DNA of 63,810 nucleotides, the filler included, from Octopus bimaculoides (lineage: Eukaryota), in the NCBI RefSeq assembly GCF_001194135.2. It is 5 parts of 5 records of this genome, joined end to end, with 100 filler letters (N's around TTAATTAATTAA, not from the genome) between each part and the next. Parts side by side here need not be neighbours in the genome. Positions count along the whole stretch, not along the records: positions 20,437 to 35,537 come from NC_069008.1; positions 35,638 to 57,419 come from NC_068985.1; 3 more parts are not named here. One strand, given 5' to 3'. The notes beneath the pieces were generated by a model. That model worked only from the letters and a program-made list of their open reading frames with translations, was not told where the DNA came from and ran no database searches. Below, one piece after another: positions 26,148-37,081 of this stretch. Numbering within the stretch: position 1 is the stretch's first letter; each line of letters starts with the position of its first letter. The position numbers and the translations under genes were made by a program.

Positions 26148-26724
26148 ATGTAGAAAAGCCAACTTCTCTTTTACTGGTACTAAAATAATGTGTGTCCCAT
26201 ACACTCTGTAAAGTGTGGGATGAAGAGGTCTTGCTGTAGACATGACAACCTCCCTAGCACTGATTATAACCTGATGCTCTAGTGAACGAGACAGGCATAA
26301 GACCAATTCTCAGACAAACTCAGAGCAGACCTTGGAAAGAGAGAGAGATGAAGTCACTATGTAACTGAAAAGGTTGCAACAATAGAACTTTGACTGACAA
26401 ACAATCAAATTAATTGTTTAAACCTGAACAAACAATCAATTAAACAAACAATCGATTTTTTAATTGGTTAGCCATTTAACCACTTGACTAACAATAAAGA
26501 AGTGATGTTGAACCAGTGTGTGTGTGTGTGTGTGTTTATTACTACTGGCATAATGACCCTCCCAAGACAAGATATATAATAAATGTGATGCCAACAGAGC
26601 TGTTAGTATCACATTTATTCCATGGATTACATTTGTTTCAACAACATATGAAAGAGAAATCATATGACATGATGGGAAAACATGGAAAAGGGAAATGATT
26701 ATGTCATAGTAATTACTGAATATT

Positions 26725-27135
26725 GTAGAGGTGCAATGGCCCAGTGGTTAGGGCACCAGAGTCGTGGTCGTAGGATCGCGGTTTCAATTCCCAGACTGGG
26801 CATTGTGAGTGTTCGTGCGAAAACACCTGAAGCTCCAGGTGTAGGACACCTGTCCTGACACCACATGTAGGGCACCTTTCCCGATGCCACATGTAAGGCA
26901 CCTGTCCCGACGCCACATGGAGGGCACCTGTCCCGACGCCACATGTAGGGCACCTGTCCCGACGCCACATGTAGGGCACCTGTCCTGACGCCACATGTAG
27001 AGCCGACCATAGAAACTGTCACTACAGACAGTTGTACCCTGGTGCGGCCCATGGTCCTACCAGTTCTTGTCAAACTGGTCCAACCCGAGCCTGCATGGAC
27101 AACGGACAGACAATGACGATGACGATGACGATGAA
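26725..27135 (+). mobile_element. Chimeric SINE: family A head, 26-bp minisatellite, family D tail
   Basis: Head 26725-26837 matches 758-875; 27075-27135 matches the family D tail with a (GAC/GAT)n end. Confidence 0.8.
26841..27000. repeat. 26-bp minisatellite, 6 units plus a partial unit
   Basis: Consensus GTAGGGCACCTGTCCCGACGCCACAT; units start at 26841, 26867, 26893, 26919, 26945 and 26971. Confidence 0.95.
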
Positions 27136-28419
27136 GGGGAGGGGGAGGAGGAGAAGTAGTGCGAATGCGTATGTGCAGATTATGTCAGACAGTGTGTGGT
27201 GGTGTGAGATATCGTGTATACAAGTACCTATACGTGTGTACGTGTATGTGTGGCGTGTCAGTATGCGTCCCCATTTATCAGTGTGTGTATATGCATGCGT
27301 GTGTGGGTGTTTGCTTGTAAAACAGTATACATCTGTGTGTGTGTGTGTATGCATGCAACACTATGCAAATGTAAGCTGCTATATGTGTGAGCTTGAGTTG
27401 TGTGTGCACACTTGCATGAATGTGTGTACGTGTGTACGCGCTGGTGTGTCCCCTGTATGCGTGTGTGGGGGTGGAGTGGGGTGGTATGAGGGTGTTTCCT
27501 GTCCAAAGTGAGGAAACGACACTTGACCAACAAGTGGCCAGTCCACTAAACAGGCAGGGAGGGGAGGTGGCTGTGGTGGACTGGCCACNNNNNNNNNNNN
27601 NNNNNNNNNNNNNNNNNNNNNNNNNNNNNNNNNNNNNNNNNNNNNNNNNNNNNNNNNNNNNNNNNNNNNNNNNNNNNNNNNNNNNNNNNNNNNNNNNNNN
27701 NNNNNNNNNNNNNNNNNNNNNNNNNNNNNNNNNNNNNNNNNNNNNNNNNNNNNNNNNNNNNNNNNNNNNNNNNNNNNNNNNNNNNNNNNNNNNNNNNNNN
27801 NNNNNNNNNNNNNNNNNNNNNNNNNNNNNNNNNNNNNNNNNNNNNNNNNNNNNNNNNNNNNNNNNNNNNNNNNNNNNNNNNNNNNNNNNNNNNNNNNNNN
27901 NNNNNNNNNNNNNNNNNNNNNNNNNNNNNNNNNNNNNNNNNNNNNNNNNNNNNNNNNNNNNNNNNNNNNNNNNNNNNNNNNNNNNNNNNNNNNNNNNNNN
28001 NNNNNNNNNNNNNNNNNNNNNNNNNNNNNNNNNNNNNNNNNNNNNNNNNNNNNNNNNNNNNNNNNNNNNAGTAGTCTAAATGCTAATTTCCAGTGTGGCA
28101 AAGTGTGTGAAGGTGCGTACATGCGAGAGTGTGTGTGTGTGTGTGTGTGTGAGCTTTAGTGTGTGCGTGTGTGAGCATGTAGATGTGTGGGGGGGGGTAT
28201 AAAAACTGCTGTTTTATGTGGACCTGTGTACTGTTGGAGGAGAGGGCAGAGGGATGGGAGAGAGAGAGAGAGAGAGAGAGAGAGACAAGGAAACAGAGAG
28301 GGAGAGAGAGAGAGGGAGGAAAGAGAATGAGAGAAAGCTAGAGAAGTAGAGAGAGAGAGAGAGACAAAGGAAAAAGAGGAGCGAAGAGACAGAGAGAGAC
28401 ACAGAAGAGGAATAGACAA

Positions 28420-28453
<34 letters not shown>

Positions 28454-28672
28454 TAAGAATAGAGACATCGGAAGTGAAAGAAGAGAGGAAGCAAAAGAGA
28501 GAGAGTGGGAGGTGGTGGGGTGACAGTAGGGAAGGAGAAAGCGAGGGGAGGGGTGAGAGCACTGAAAGTAAAAACTAGAGAGAGGCAGAAATCATAGTGG
28601 AAGAGAGAGAGAGAGACTGTACATTGCTAAGTACACACACACTAACAACTGTGAGAAGTGGAGTGTGTGTGG

Positions 28673-28738
<66 letters not shown>

Positions 28739-28904
28739 ACACACACACACACACAGACCTACACAAGAGTGCTATTGTTCTAAGTGAATAAATATACATA
28801 CATGCTAGTGTGTATGTGTGTATATATGCATAGATGTGTGTGCATATGTATATATATATATATATATATATACATATATATGAATAAAATCATCATTTAA
28901 TGTC

Positions 28905-29015
28905 CGTTGACCATAATGGTAATAATGGTATAGGTTAAATGGTTTGACTGGAATCGGTAAGTGGCAGAGCTACACCAGGTTCCAGTCTGAATTCAGCTTG
29001 GTCTCTTCGACTGAA
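28905..29015 (-). mobile_element. Old SINE family D tail
   Basis: CATCATTTAATGTCCG...GGTTTGACTGG...CACCAGGTTCCAGTCTGA. Confidence 0.6.
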
Positions 29016-29030
29016 TGCCCTGCATATACA

Positions 29031-29279
29031 TATCATTGCTATTATGTTAAACTCTCCTATGTCCAAATTTGGCCAAATGCATTTTTTTCAATATTTATTT
29101 TTGCTTGTAAAAGCTGGTTCTTTTTGTCAAACTATCGTATCTCCAGCTTCTTCAGATGCCAAGATATTAAAAAATATCAAAGTGTTGTACATCAGTTTTG
29201 CTATGGAATGGCGAAACTATATTTTATTTTCTGAAAAAGCAACGTTTTGGACTTACGACACTTTTGCATAAAAGCAAGA
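29031..29279. mobile_element. About 250-bp MITE (copy 1)
   Basis: TIR TATCATTGCTATTATG / GCATAAAAGCAAGA; reverse-complement copy at 35075-35331. Confidence 0.75.
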
Positions 29280-29295
29280 GAGAGAGATAGAAAGG

Positions 29296-29332
<37 letters not shown>

Positions 29333-29337
<5 letters not shown>

Positions 29338-29393
29338 CTGACGAGCTGTCCACAAGACTTTGGCTTTGTGGGTGCGAAACTTTGGGTAACTAT
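29333..29393 (+). ncRNA. Type I hammerhead ribozyme, intact core
   Basis: AGT-CTGACGA(29338-29344)-stem II GC..TCCACAAG/TTTGTGGG..GC-GAAA(29376-29379)-CT(TTG)GGT-A-ACT. Cleavage triplet is GUA, predicted cut after 29388. Confidence 0.68.
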
Positions 29394-29474
29394 GTGCAAG
29401 ATATAAAATCTTGTAATAATTACAACTGTATTCTTTAGAGAAAGCATCTTTCTGATACATGTTTTTTTATTAAC

Positions 29475-29516
<42 letters not shown>

Positions 29517-29769
29517 TTTAAGGTGTATAAGGAACCCCCTAACTTTTGGGGCTCAAAATTTGGAAAAAAGGTTTTGTAAGGGTTTATAATACTATCTATA
29601 TATAAGAAATTCCCATATTTTTTTAAGCTAATGTTTGACAAAAAAAAGGTTCCTTATTCACGTTAAAATAGGGTATATATGTAATTATGAACCCATATAT
29701 GAACATACGCAATTACATTTATACATACTTTCAGATGCACACACAAAGAGAGTGAGGGGATGGGAGAAA

Positions 29770-30060
29770 GAGCATATGGCCAAGTGGTTCGTGTGTTGGC
29801 CTCATAACCGCAACATCACAGGTTCAATCTCTGGCTGAGGCAGCACACCATTTCCTTGAGCAGGACACTCCACTCTTGTGCGTTACTTTGCTCTGCTGAA
29901 AACGAGTACCAGGGTCAGTTTGGGGTTTAACTCTACCAGGGGCCGGCATCCAGATCAGAATGGGGATCTTGTACCCTCCTGCCCCCAGGGACTTACACAC
30001 CAGGGAAAACTGGGATAAGGTAAACCTGGGTCTCATGGGCCGACAGCATGGAAACAGACT
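29770..30060 (+). mobile_element. tRNA plus CORE-like SINE with V-like tail
   Basis: TGGCCAAGTGG A box, GGTTCAATCT B box, CCTTGAGCAGGACACT...AAAACGAGTACC, then GGCCGGCATCCAGATCAG...AAAACTGGGATAAG. Confidence 0.7.
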
Positions 30061-30065
30061 TTATA

Positions 30066-30410
30066 CATGGCTGTAATGTAAGAAGCTTGTTTCACAATCA
30101 TGTGGTCTTGGGTTCTGTCCCACTGCACGGCACCTTAGACAAGCATCTACTATAGCCCCAGGAAGACCAGAACGTTGTGATTGGATTTGGTAGATGGAAA
30201 CTAAAAGAAGCTTGGCATATGCATGTGTGTCTGTCTTTGCCATCACAACTAGACAACCATTGTGCATTTACTTATTCCTCCATAACTTAGTGGTTTGGCA
30301 AAAGAGACTGATAGAATAATAAATGTTGGGCTTTACTAGGGTTGATTAGTGCAATTAAATTCAAGGCAGTGCCCCAGTATGGCCGCAGCCCAAAGACTTA
30401 AACAAGTAAA
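30066..30410 (+). mobile_element. SINE family C, full length, diverged
   Basis: Head, CORE-like segment, GGATTTGGTAGATGGAAACT, and the tail GGCAGTGCCCCAGTATGGCCGCAG. Confidence 0.8.
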
Positions 30411-30436
30411 ATATATACACTCACACACACACACGA

Positions 30437-30467
<31 letters not shown>

Positions 30468-30763
30468 NNNNNNNNNNNNNNNNNNNNNNNNNNNNNNNNN
30501 NNNNNNNNNNNNNNNNNNNNNNNNNNNNNNNNNNNNNNNNNNNNNNNNNNNNNNNNNNNNNNNNNNNNNNNNNNNNNNNNNNNNNNNNNNNNNNNNNNNN
30601 NNNNNNNNNNNNNNNNNNNNNNNNNNNNNNNNNNNNNNNNNNNNNNNNNNNNNNNNNNNNNNNNNNNNNNNNNNNNNNNNNNNNNNNNNNNNNNNNNNNN
30701 NNNNNNNNNNNNNNNNNNNNNNNNNNNNNNNNATAAATACAGGAGAGGTAGGGGGATGGATAG

Positions 30764-30803
<40 letters not shown>

Positions 30804-30839
30804 GTATATGCTACCCAATCATCTCCCCCACCCACACAC

Positions 30840-30940
30840 TGGTCTTCTGGAATTCCCATTCTGTCCAAGATAAGATTCCTCGACTCCCCCTTCCCCTCCA
30901 CCACCAAACTCTACATGTTCAAACTGAATGTTAATGGAGC
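30840..30940 (+). mobile_element. Probable CR1/L2-type LINE ORF2 3' remnant
   Basis: WNS...FPSTTKLYMFKLNVN resembles the LWNSLP...FK..VN end of CR1/L2 ORF2; short and degenerate. Confidence 0.3.
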
Positions 30941-31126
30941 AATTCCAACAGTCTCTAAAGACCAGCAAAATTCAGGGATAATGGCCCACTCCCTCTCACG
31001 AGCTTATGAGAGGATCATCATCATCATCGTTTAACGTCCGCTTTACACACACATATATACACTGGCCAATATACGAACACAAAAACTGGAAAAATATTCA
31101 CAAACACACACACAAACACAAACACA

Positions 31127-31157
<31 letters not shown>

Positions 31158-31159
31158 AT

Positions 31160-31541
31160 ATAGGTGCAGGTGTGGCTTTGTGATAATTAACTTGTTTACC
31201 AACCACATGGTTCTGGGTTCAGTCCCGCTGCATGGCACCTTGAGCAAGTGTCTTTTACTATAGCGTCGGGCTGACCAAAGCCTTGCGAGTGGATTTGGTA
31301 GACGGAAACTGAAAGAAGCCCATCGTATATATATATATTTGTGTGTGTGTGTGTGTGTGTGTGTGTTTGTATCCAACCATGTGACAACTGGTGTCCATGT
31401 GCTTACATCCCCAATAACTTGGGTGTTCAGCAAAAGAGGCCCCATGCTTAAACAAAGAATAAGTACCAGGGTCGATTCAACAAAAAAAAAAAAATGCTTT
31501 GAGGTGGTGCTCCTGTATGGCCACAGTCTAATGACTGAAAC
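31160..31541 (+). mobile_element. SINE family C, full length with internal (TA)n(TG)n
   Basis: As for 30066, with a microsatellite at 31325-31370. Confidence 0.88.
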
Positions 31542-31905
31542 AACACACACACACACACACACACACACAGATATATACATACTCACATATATGNNNNNNN
31601 NNNNNNNNNNNNNNNNNNNNNNNNNNNNNNNNNNNNNNNNNNNNNNNNNNNNNNNNNNNNNNNNNNNNNNNNNNNNNNNNNNNNNNNNNNNNNNNNNNNN
31701 NNNNNNNNNNNNNNNNNNNNNNNNNNNNNNNNNNNNNNNNNNNNNNNNNNNNNNNNNNNNNNNNNNNNNNNNNNNNNNNNNNNNNNNNNNNNNNNNNNNN
31801 NNNNNNNNNNNNNNNNNNNNNNNNNNNNNNNNNNNNNNNNNNNNNNNNNNNTATATATAGATGCACATATATGAGAGAGTGAGTGATCAATATATATGCA
31901 TATAT

Positions 31906-32121
31906 TCTTTTCTACTCTAGGAACAAGGCCTGAAATTTTGGGGGAAGGGACCAGTCGATTAGATCGACCCCAGTAGGAAACTGGTACTTAATTTATCGAC
32001 CCCGAAAGAACGAAAGGCAAAGTCAACCTCGGCGGAATTTGAACTCAGAATGTAAAGACAGATGAAATATCGTTAAGCATGTCATTCGGCATGCTAACGT
32101 TTCTGCCAGCTCGCAGCCTTA
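31906..32121 (-). mobile_element. SINE family B (tail type 1)
   Basis: High similarity to 7463-7671. Confidence 0.9.
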
Positions 32122-32182
32122 GAATATATATATATTAAACATACATGTATATATCTATGTATACACAAAAGTTGATGTATGA

Positions 32183-32215
<33 letters not shown>

Positions 32216-32385
32216 GATAGGGTAATAGATTTATAGATTGGCAGATAGATTGATAGACAAAGAGGTTAGACAGATAGATAGGTGTGTAAATATATAGATT
32301 GAAAGATATATGAATAGAAAGATAAGTAGACAGATAGATATATTGATGGATTGCTAAGTGGTGGACTAACAGAAAGAGAATAACA

Positions 32386-32416
<31 letters not shown>

Positions 32417-32978
32417 AAAGAGAGATAAGATGGATAACAACAACAACAACAACAACAGCTTAATAGGATCATCTAAAAGAAAAATAAACAAAAAGAAAAC
32501 TAAACAAGGGAATCTAAGAAAAAAAAACAAAAACTTACCAGGAATACTGGATATCCACAAAGATCTATTTGGAAATGATGATGATGATGATGATGGTGAT
32601 GGGGACCATCACAATCATCATGATTCACATCAATGGTAGACATAGTAAGATTGGTTGGATTTGTGTTATATGTGGTGGTGGTCATGGGACACAGCGAGAG
32701 AGAGAGAGAGAGAGAGAGTAAGGAGAAAGAGACAAGTTGTGTGGTTCCGAGTGGAGCGACGCAGTGGCGCAACAGCGAGACGTGCGAGCGATTCTGTTGT
32801 ATTTTCGCAAGGAATCGGGCCCCGGTCGAGCCAATCTATGGCCACAGATGTTCCAACGGTGACCATCCTACCTCTATCTGTTTCTTTTTTTTGCATCTCC
32901 CTGTTTTCTTTTTCCTCCTCCGGCGCATGCACACACCGTGTGTATGCAAACATGGTTATCTAGGAGTACACTCTCCGA

Positions 32979-33551
32979 ATGTGCACCCTTTCCCGTTCCT
33001 GTCTTTCCGAAGACAACGACGCCTGGTTTGCAGGAGATCTGGCTGGTATTTCTAGTAAGTCGCACAACCATGTAGAGACCATTCTGATGAAGATGTTAGA
33101 AATGGTAACAATCATCATCATCACCATCACCACTACCACTGACAGCATCCATAGAGTAACACAACCACCAGGACATGGCAATTCCAAGAGTTGTATGGCG
33201 CTGAGGCGGTCGATCGCCCTACAATCCTATCCAGCGTCTATAGCCATATTTACAATTATCATCATCATCATCATCATCATCATCAACAGCATCATTATTC
33301 AGTGTAGTAGTAGTAGCAATAGTACTACTGCTACCACTACAACTACTACAGGAGTCCAGCATACATTCATAGAACAGGCAGGACATGAGGTCAGTGGGGA
33401 TGGTCATGGCGGTGGTGGTGAGCTTGATGGGCTTCTTCTCAGAATTACATCGACGTCCAGAGATGCTGCTGCTTCTGCTGTTGACCATCATCATCATCAT
33501 CGACAACAATATATTCATTATCTGCATCCAGAGAGTGGTTATCACTGGTAG
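32979..33551 (+). CDS. Candidate low-complexity coding exon (hypothetical secreted or membrane protein N-terminus)
   Basis: 190 open codons across several different triplet repeats. The internal MALRRS...IAIFTIIIIIIIII-NSIIIQC is signal- or TM-like, and a CpG-rich region lies upstream. No recognisable homology. Confidence 0.3.
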   Translation: MCTLSRSCLSEDNDAWFAGDLAGISSKSHNHVETILMKMLEMVTIIIITITTTTDSIHRVTQPPGHGNSKSCMALRRSIALQSYPASIAIFTIIIIIIIIIINSIIIQCSSSSNSTTATTTTTTGVQHTFIEQAGHEVSGDGHGGGGELDGLLLRITSTSRDAAASAVDHHHHHRQQYIHYLHPESGYHW

Positions 33552-33905
33552 AGGTGTAGAGAGAGAGAGAGGGGGGAAGGCGAGACTGTGTGTGTGTGTG
33601 TGTGTGTGATGGATGGGATAGGCTTGTGTGTGTGTGTGTGTGTGTGGAGACGCGGTTGAGCTTTGCAGAGAGCCTGCAGACACCCTGGTGTTGCCACTGG
33701 TACTGTGGGGGTANNNNNNNNNNNNNNNNNNNNNNNNNNNNNNNNNNNNNNNNNNNNNNNNNNNNNNNNNNNNNNNNNNNNNNNNNNNNNNNNNNNNNNN
33801 NNNNNNNNNNNNNNNNNNNNNNNNNNNNNNNNNNNNNNNNNNNNNNNNNNNNNNNNNNNNNNNNNNNNNNNNNNNNNNNNNNNNNNNNNNNNNNNNNNNN
33901 NNNNN

Positions 33906-34062
33906 AATATAATATGTGACAGTTAGTCGGTTGCCTTAATAAAGCTGAGAGTTTCAGATGTCGGGGCATAATAACCGATGAGATGCCGGAACAGACTTCC
34001 GCCCTGACATCCGAAACTCGGAGTTTTATTATGGCAACCGAATAATTGTCACATATTATATT
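33906..34062. mobile_element. Short palindromic MITE-like element
   Basis: Arms 33906-33966 and 34002-34062 are imperfect reverse complements. Confidence 0.8.
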
Positions 34063-34119
34063 ACAGATAAATTCCTCAATTTACATAATATCGAGGTCTC
34101 ATTCATTCTTTTGTTGTCA

Positions 34120-34174
<55 letters not shown>

Positions 34175-34267
34175 ATATATATATATATACATATACACAC
34201 ACACACATATATATGTATGTGTATGTGTATATATGAATGTGTATGTGTATGTATATTTATATATAGA

Positions 34268-34299
<32 letters not shown>

Positions 34300-34396
34300 G
34301 GGAAGGAGAATAAGGGGATAGAGGGATAGCGCAGTAGGAGGCAGAATGGATTGGGCTGAAGGGTGGATTTATGTACATATATATATTTATGTGTGT

Positions 34397-34725
34397 ATCA
34401 TCATCATCATCATCATCATTATTTAACGTCCGTTTCCCATGCTGGCATGGGTTGGCCAGTTTGACTGGGGACTGGCAACCCAGGAGGCCGCACCAGGGCT
34501 CCAGTCTGATCTGGCAAGGTTTCTACAGCCGGATGCCCTTCCGAACGCCAACCACTTTGAGAGTGTAGTGGGTCCTTTTTATGTGTCACTGGCATGGGAG
34601 CCAGTCAGGGGGCAACTGGCATCGACCACGTTCGGATGGTGCTTTTTACATGCCACCGACACAGGAGCCAGTCAGAGAGCAACTGGCACTGACCACATTC
34701 CGATGGTGCTTTTTACATGCCCCAG
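34397..34725 (-). mobile_element. SINE family D with internal about 68-bp duplication
   Basis: Matches 20975-21230; GGAGCCAGTCAG...CAACTGGCA...GATGGTGCTTTTTACATGCC occurs twice. Confidence 0.88.
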
Positions 34726-34764
34726 GGGGGCAACACACACACGTCTCTTTATGTGTATCATTAT

Positions 34765-34990
34765 TCAATGTCCACTTTTCAGAGTTGCCAAGGGTCAGAT
34801 AGAATTTATTGAAGATTTATTTTCTACAGCTGGATGCCTTCTCTGTCACCAATCCTCACCTCTTTCCAAGTAAAGGGATATTTCCCCACCATGGCGAGAC
34901 CAAGTTTCTTTTCACAGAAGATTGGAAACGAAGGACACCGCTTGTATGAGGGTGATACTCCTTTACAGCTATTGCATGTTGCCAAAATGA
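34765..34990 (-). mobile_element. Family D-related SINE variant
   Basis: TTCTACAGCTGGATGCC core; the body matches the reverse complement of 21690-21775. Confidence 0.6.
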
Positions 34991-35042
34991 AAAATGCACA
35001 CACGTATGCATTTGCACACAAACTCACATACACATGTATACA

Positions 35043-35074
<32 letters not shown>

Positions 35075-35079
<5 letters not shown>

Positions 35080-35331
35080 TTGCTATTATGCAAAAGTGTT
35101 GTAAGTCCAAAACATTGCTTTTTTTTCAGAAAACGAAAAAATAGTTTCACCATTCTATAGCAAAACCGTTCTACACTTTGACAATTTTTGATGCCTTGGC
35201 ATCTGAAGGAGTTGGAGATACGATAGTTTGACCAAAAGAACTGGCTATTGAAAGCAAAAATAAATATTGAAAAGAAAACTCATTTGGCCAACTTTGGACA
35301 TACGACAGTTTAACATAATAGCAATGGTATA
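35075..35331. mobile_element. About 250-bp MITE (copy 2)
   Basis: TIR TATCGTTGCTATTATG / CATAATAGCAATGGTATA in a TA context. Confidence 0.8.
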
Positions 35332-35454
35332 TACATATAAGCAACATATATATAGTAACTTTTTATAGAGTGTATATACAGCAGGTGACAATTTACTGTA
35401 ATCAGAAGTGAGTTTACATGGTGTGTGTGCATGTGTGTGTATAATATATATATG

Positions 35455-35530
<76 letters not shown>

Positions 35531-35647
35531 TGTATATNNNNNNNNNNNNNNNNNNNNNNNNNNNNNNNNNNNNNNNNNNNNTTAATTAATTAANNNNNNN
35601 NNNNNNNNNNNNNNNNNNNNNNNNNNNNNNNNNNNNNATATATAGCG

Positions 35648-36178
35648 TGAAAAAACTCATAAGGGAAAAAACCCCATAATTTTTCATTCCCAAGAATATA
35701 TTTATTTATTTATATTTATATAAGGGCATTACTACAGAATAATGCCTCACACTAGACTTCCATAATAAACATATTTTTACCGAATGCGAGGAAAAGCAAC
35801 TCTTAAAAAAGACCAACCTTTTAAAAACGAACTCAACTATATATCGAACAATTTCACGATTATTAGAATAATATCTAACGTTCGCTCATCAGTAAAGTAT
35901 GGTGAGAATATATAAAAATAAACAAAATCCTCAACTTACCAAATCGAACACCATACGTATCCGACATAGCAAACAGAATAATTTTTATCCATATACATCT
36001 ATGTAAAAAGCGGGAATGTTTTTTGAGTCGCTCTCGGTACACGTGTTTAAAACGGAATAAAATTCAGCACTGAATTTTTTCCGGATATATATTTAATTAA
36101 TTCAATAATAGGATAAAATCTTTTACAAGAATTTTATCAAGAAGCTAGCTTGAAAAAACTCACAAGGGAAAAAAACCC
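35648..36178 (-). mobile_element. 503-bp monomer with 28-bp terminal redundancy carrying a hammerhead (Penelope pLTR or retrozyme-like)
   Basis: TGAAAAAACTCA(T/C)AAGGGAAAAAA.CCC at 35648-35675 and 36151-36178; hammerhead at 35836-35898. Confidence 0.6.
35836..35898 (-). ncRNA. Type I hammerhead ribozyme, intact core
   Basis: ACTTTA-CTGATGA-GCGA..GTTAGA(TATTAT)TCTAAT..TCGT-GAAA-TT(GTTC)GAT-A-TATAGT. Stem I has 5 of 6 bp, the cleavage triplet is AUA, and the cut is predicted between 35842 and 35841. Confidence 0.7.
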
Positions 36179-36340
36179 GTGTGTGTGTATTATCAGTTGC
36201 CTGTAAGCTAGACAAAAATGTGCTCTCAGTATGGGAAATAGCGGTTATATTTACATAACGTCGAGCAGTACATCACTGATTATGCTGACAGTAACGTTGT
36301 GACCAGTTCCATGCTATCTATCTATCTATCTATCTATCTA

Positions 36341-36575
36341 TTCTTATTTCTCTATTGTCCACAAGGGGCTAAACATGGAGGGGACAAACAAGGACAGACA
36401 AAGGTATTAAGTCGATTATATCGACCCCAGTGCGTAACTGGTACTTAGTTTATCGACCCCGAAAGGATGAAAGGCAAAGTCGACTTTGGCGGAATTTGAA
36501 CTCAGAGCGTAACGGCAGACGAAATATCGCTAAGCATTTCGCCCGGCGTGCTAACGTTTCTGCCAGCTCGCCGCC

Positions 36576-36578
<3 letters not shown>
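36341..36578 (-). mobile_element. SINE family B (tail type 2) inserted in (ATCT)n
   Basis: Near-identical to 14318-14550; (CTAT)n on both sides. Confidence 0.92.
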
Positions 36579-36619
<41 letters not shown>

Positions 36620-37021
36620 TCTGTCTATTCTGTTTGTATGCACGTATTTATGTATGTATATACATTTACATGCAATGGTAACTGATTGGCATGATATTTT
36701 AGTTTTAAATCCATAGAAATTACATGGCAACTAATTCCACCAACGTTGCCTGATTTCGCAGCAAAATGCTAGTAAAAAATTGTTGGCAGGTGAATGGATT
36801 TGAATGTTGCTAATAAAAATCCAACTGAATTATTTATTGAGACAATAAATTTTAAACCAAGCAGGAAACGACAGAGTTGCTTGCATTATTCTGACCACAC
36901 GAATATTAACATGGTCCAGTTATAATCGAGTGTTCATTTTGTAGTTTTCCTTTTGTAATTGGAAATTGAAATTTCTTTTTATAACAACATATAATTAATA
37001 AAATACTTCACACAGACACAT

Positions 37022-37081
<60 letters not shown>

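Noticed and set aside
26699-27073. Cys/His-rich repetitive ORFs (CPTCGV...) resembling zinc fingers; array superficially CRISPR-like
   Set aside because: They are translations of a 26-bp minisatellite; there are no unique spacers and no C2H2 spacing.
32970-33025. Walker A-like VVVFGKTGTGKGAHSESVL on the minus strand (AIG1/GIMAP G1-like)
   Set aside because: It lacks the S/T after GK, no DxxG follows, and the ORF is only 65 aa; likely chance.
33083-33115. CTGATGA...GAAA spacing
   Set aside because: No stem II pairing and no stem I.
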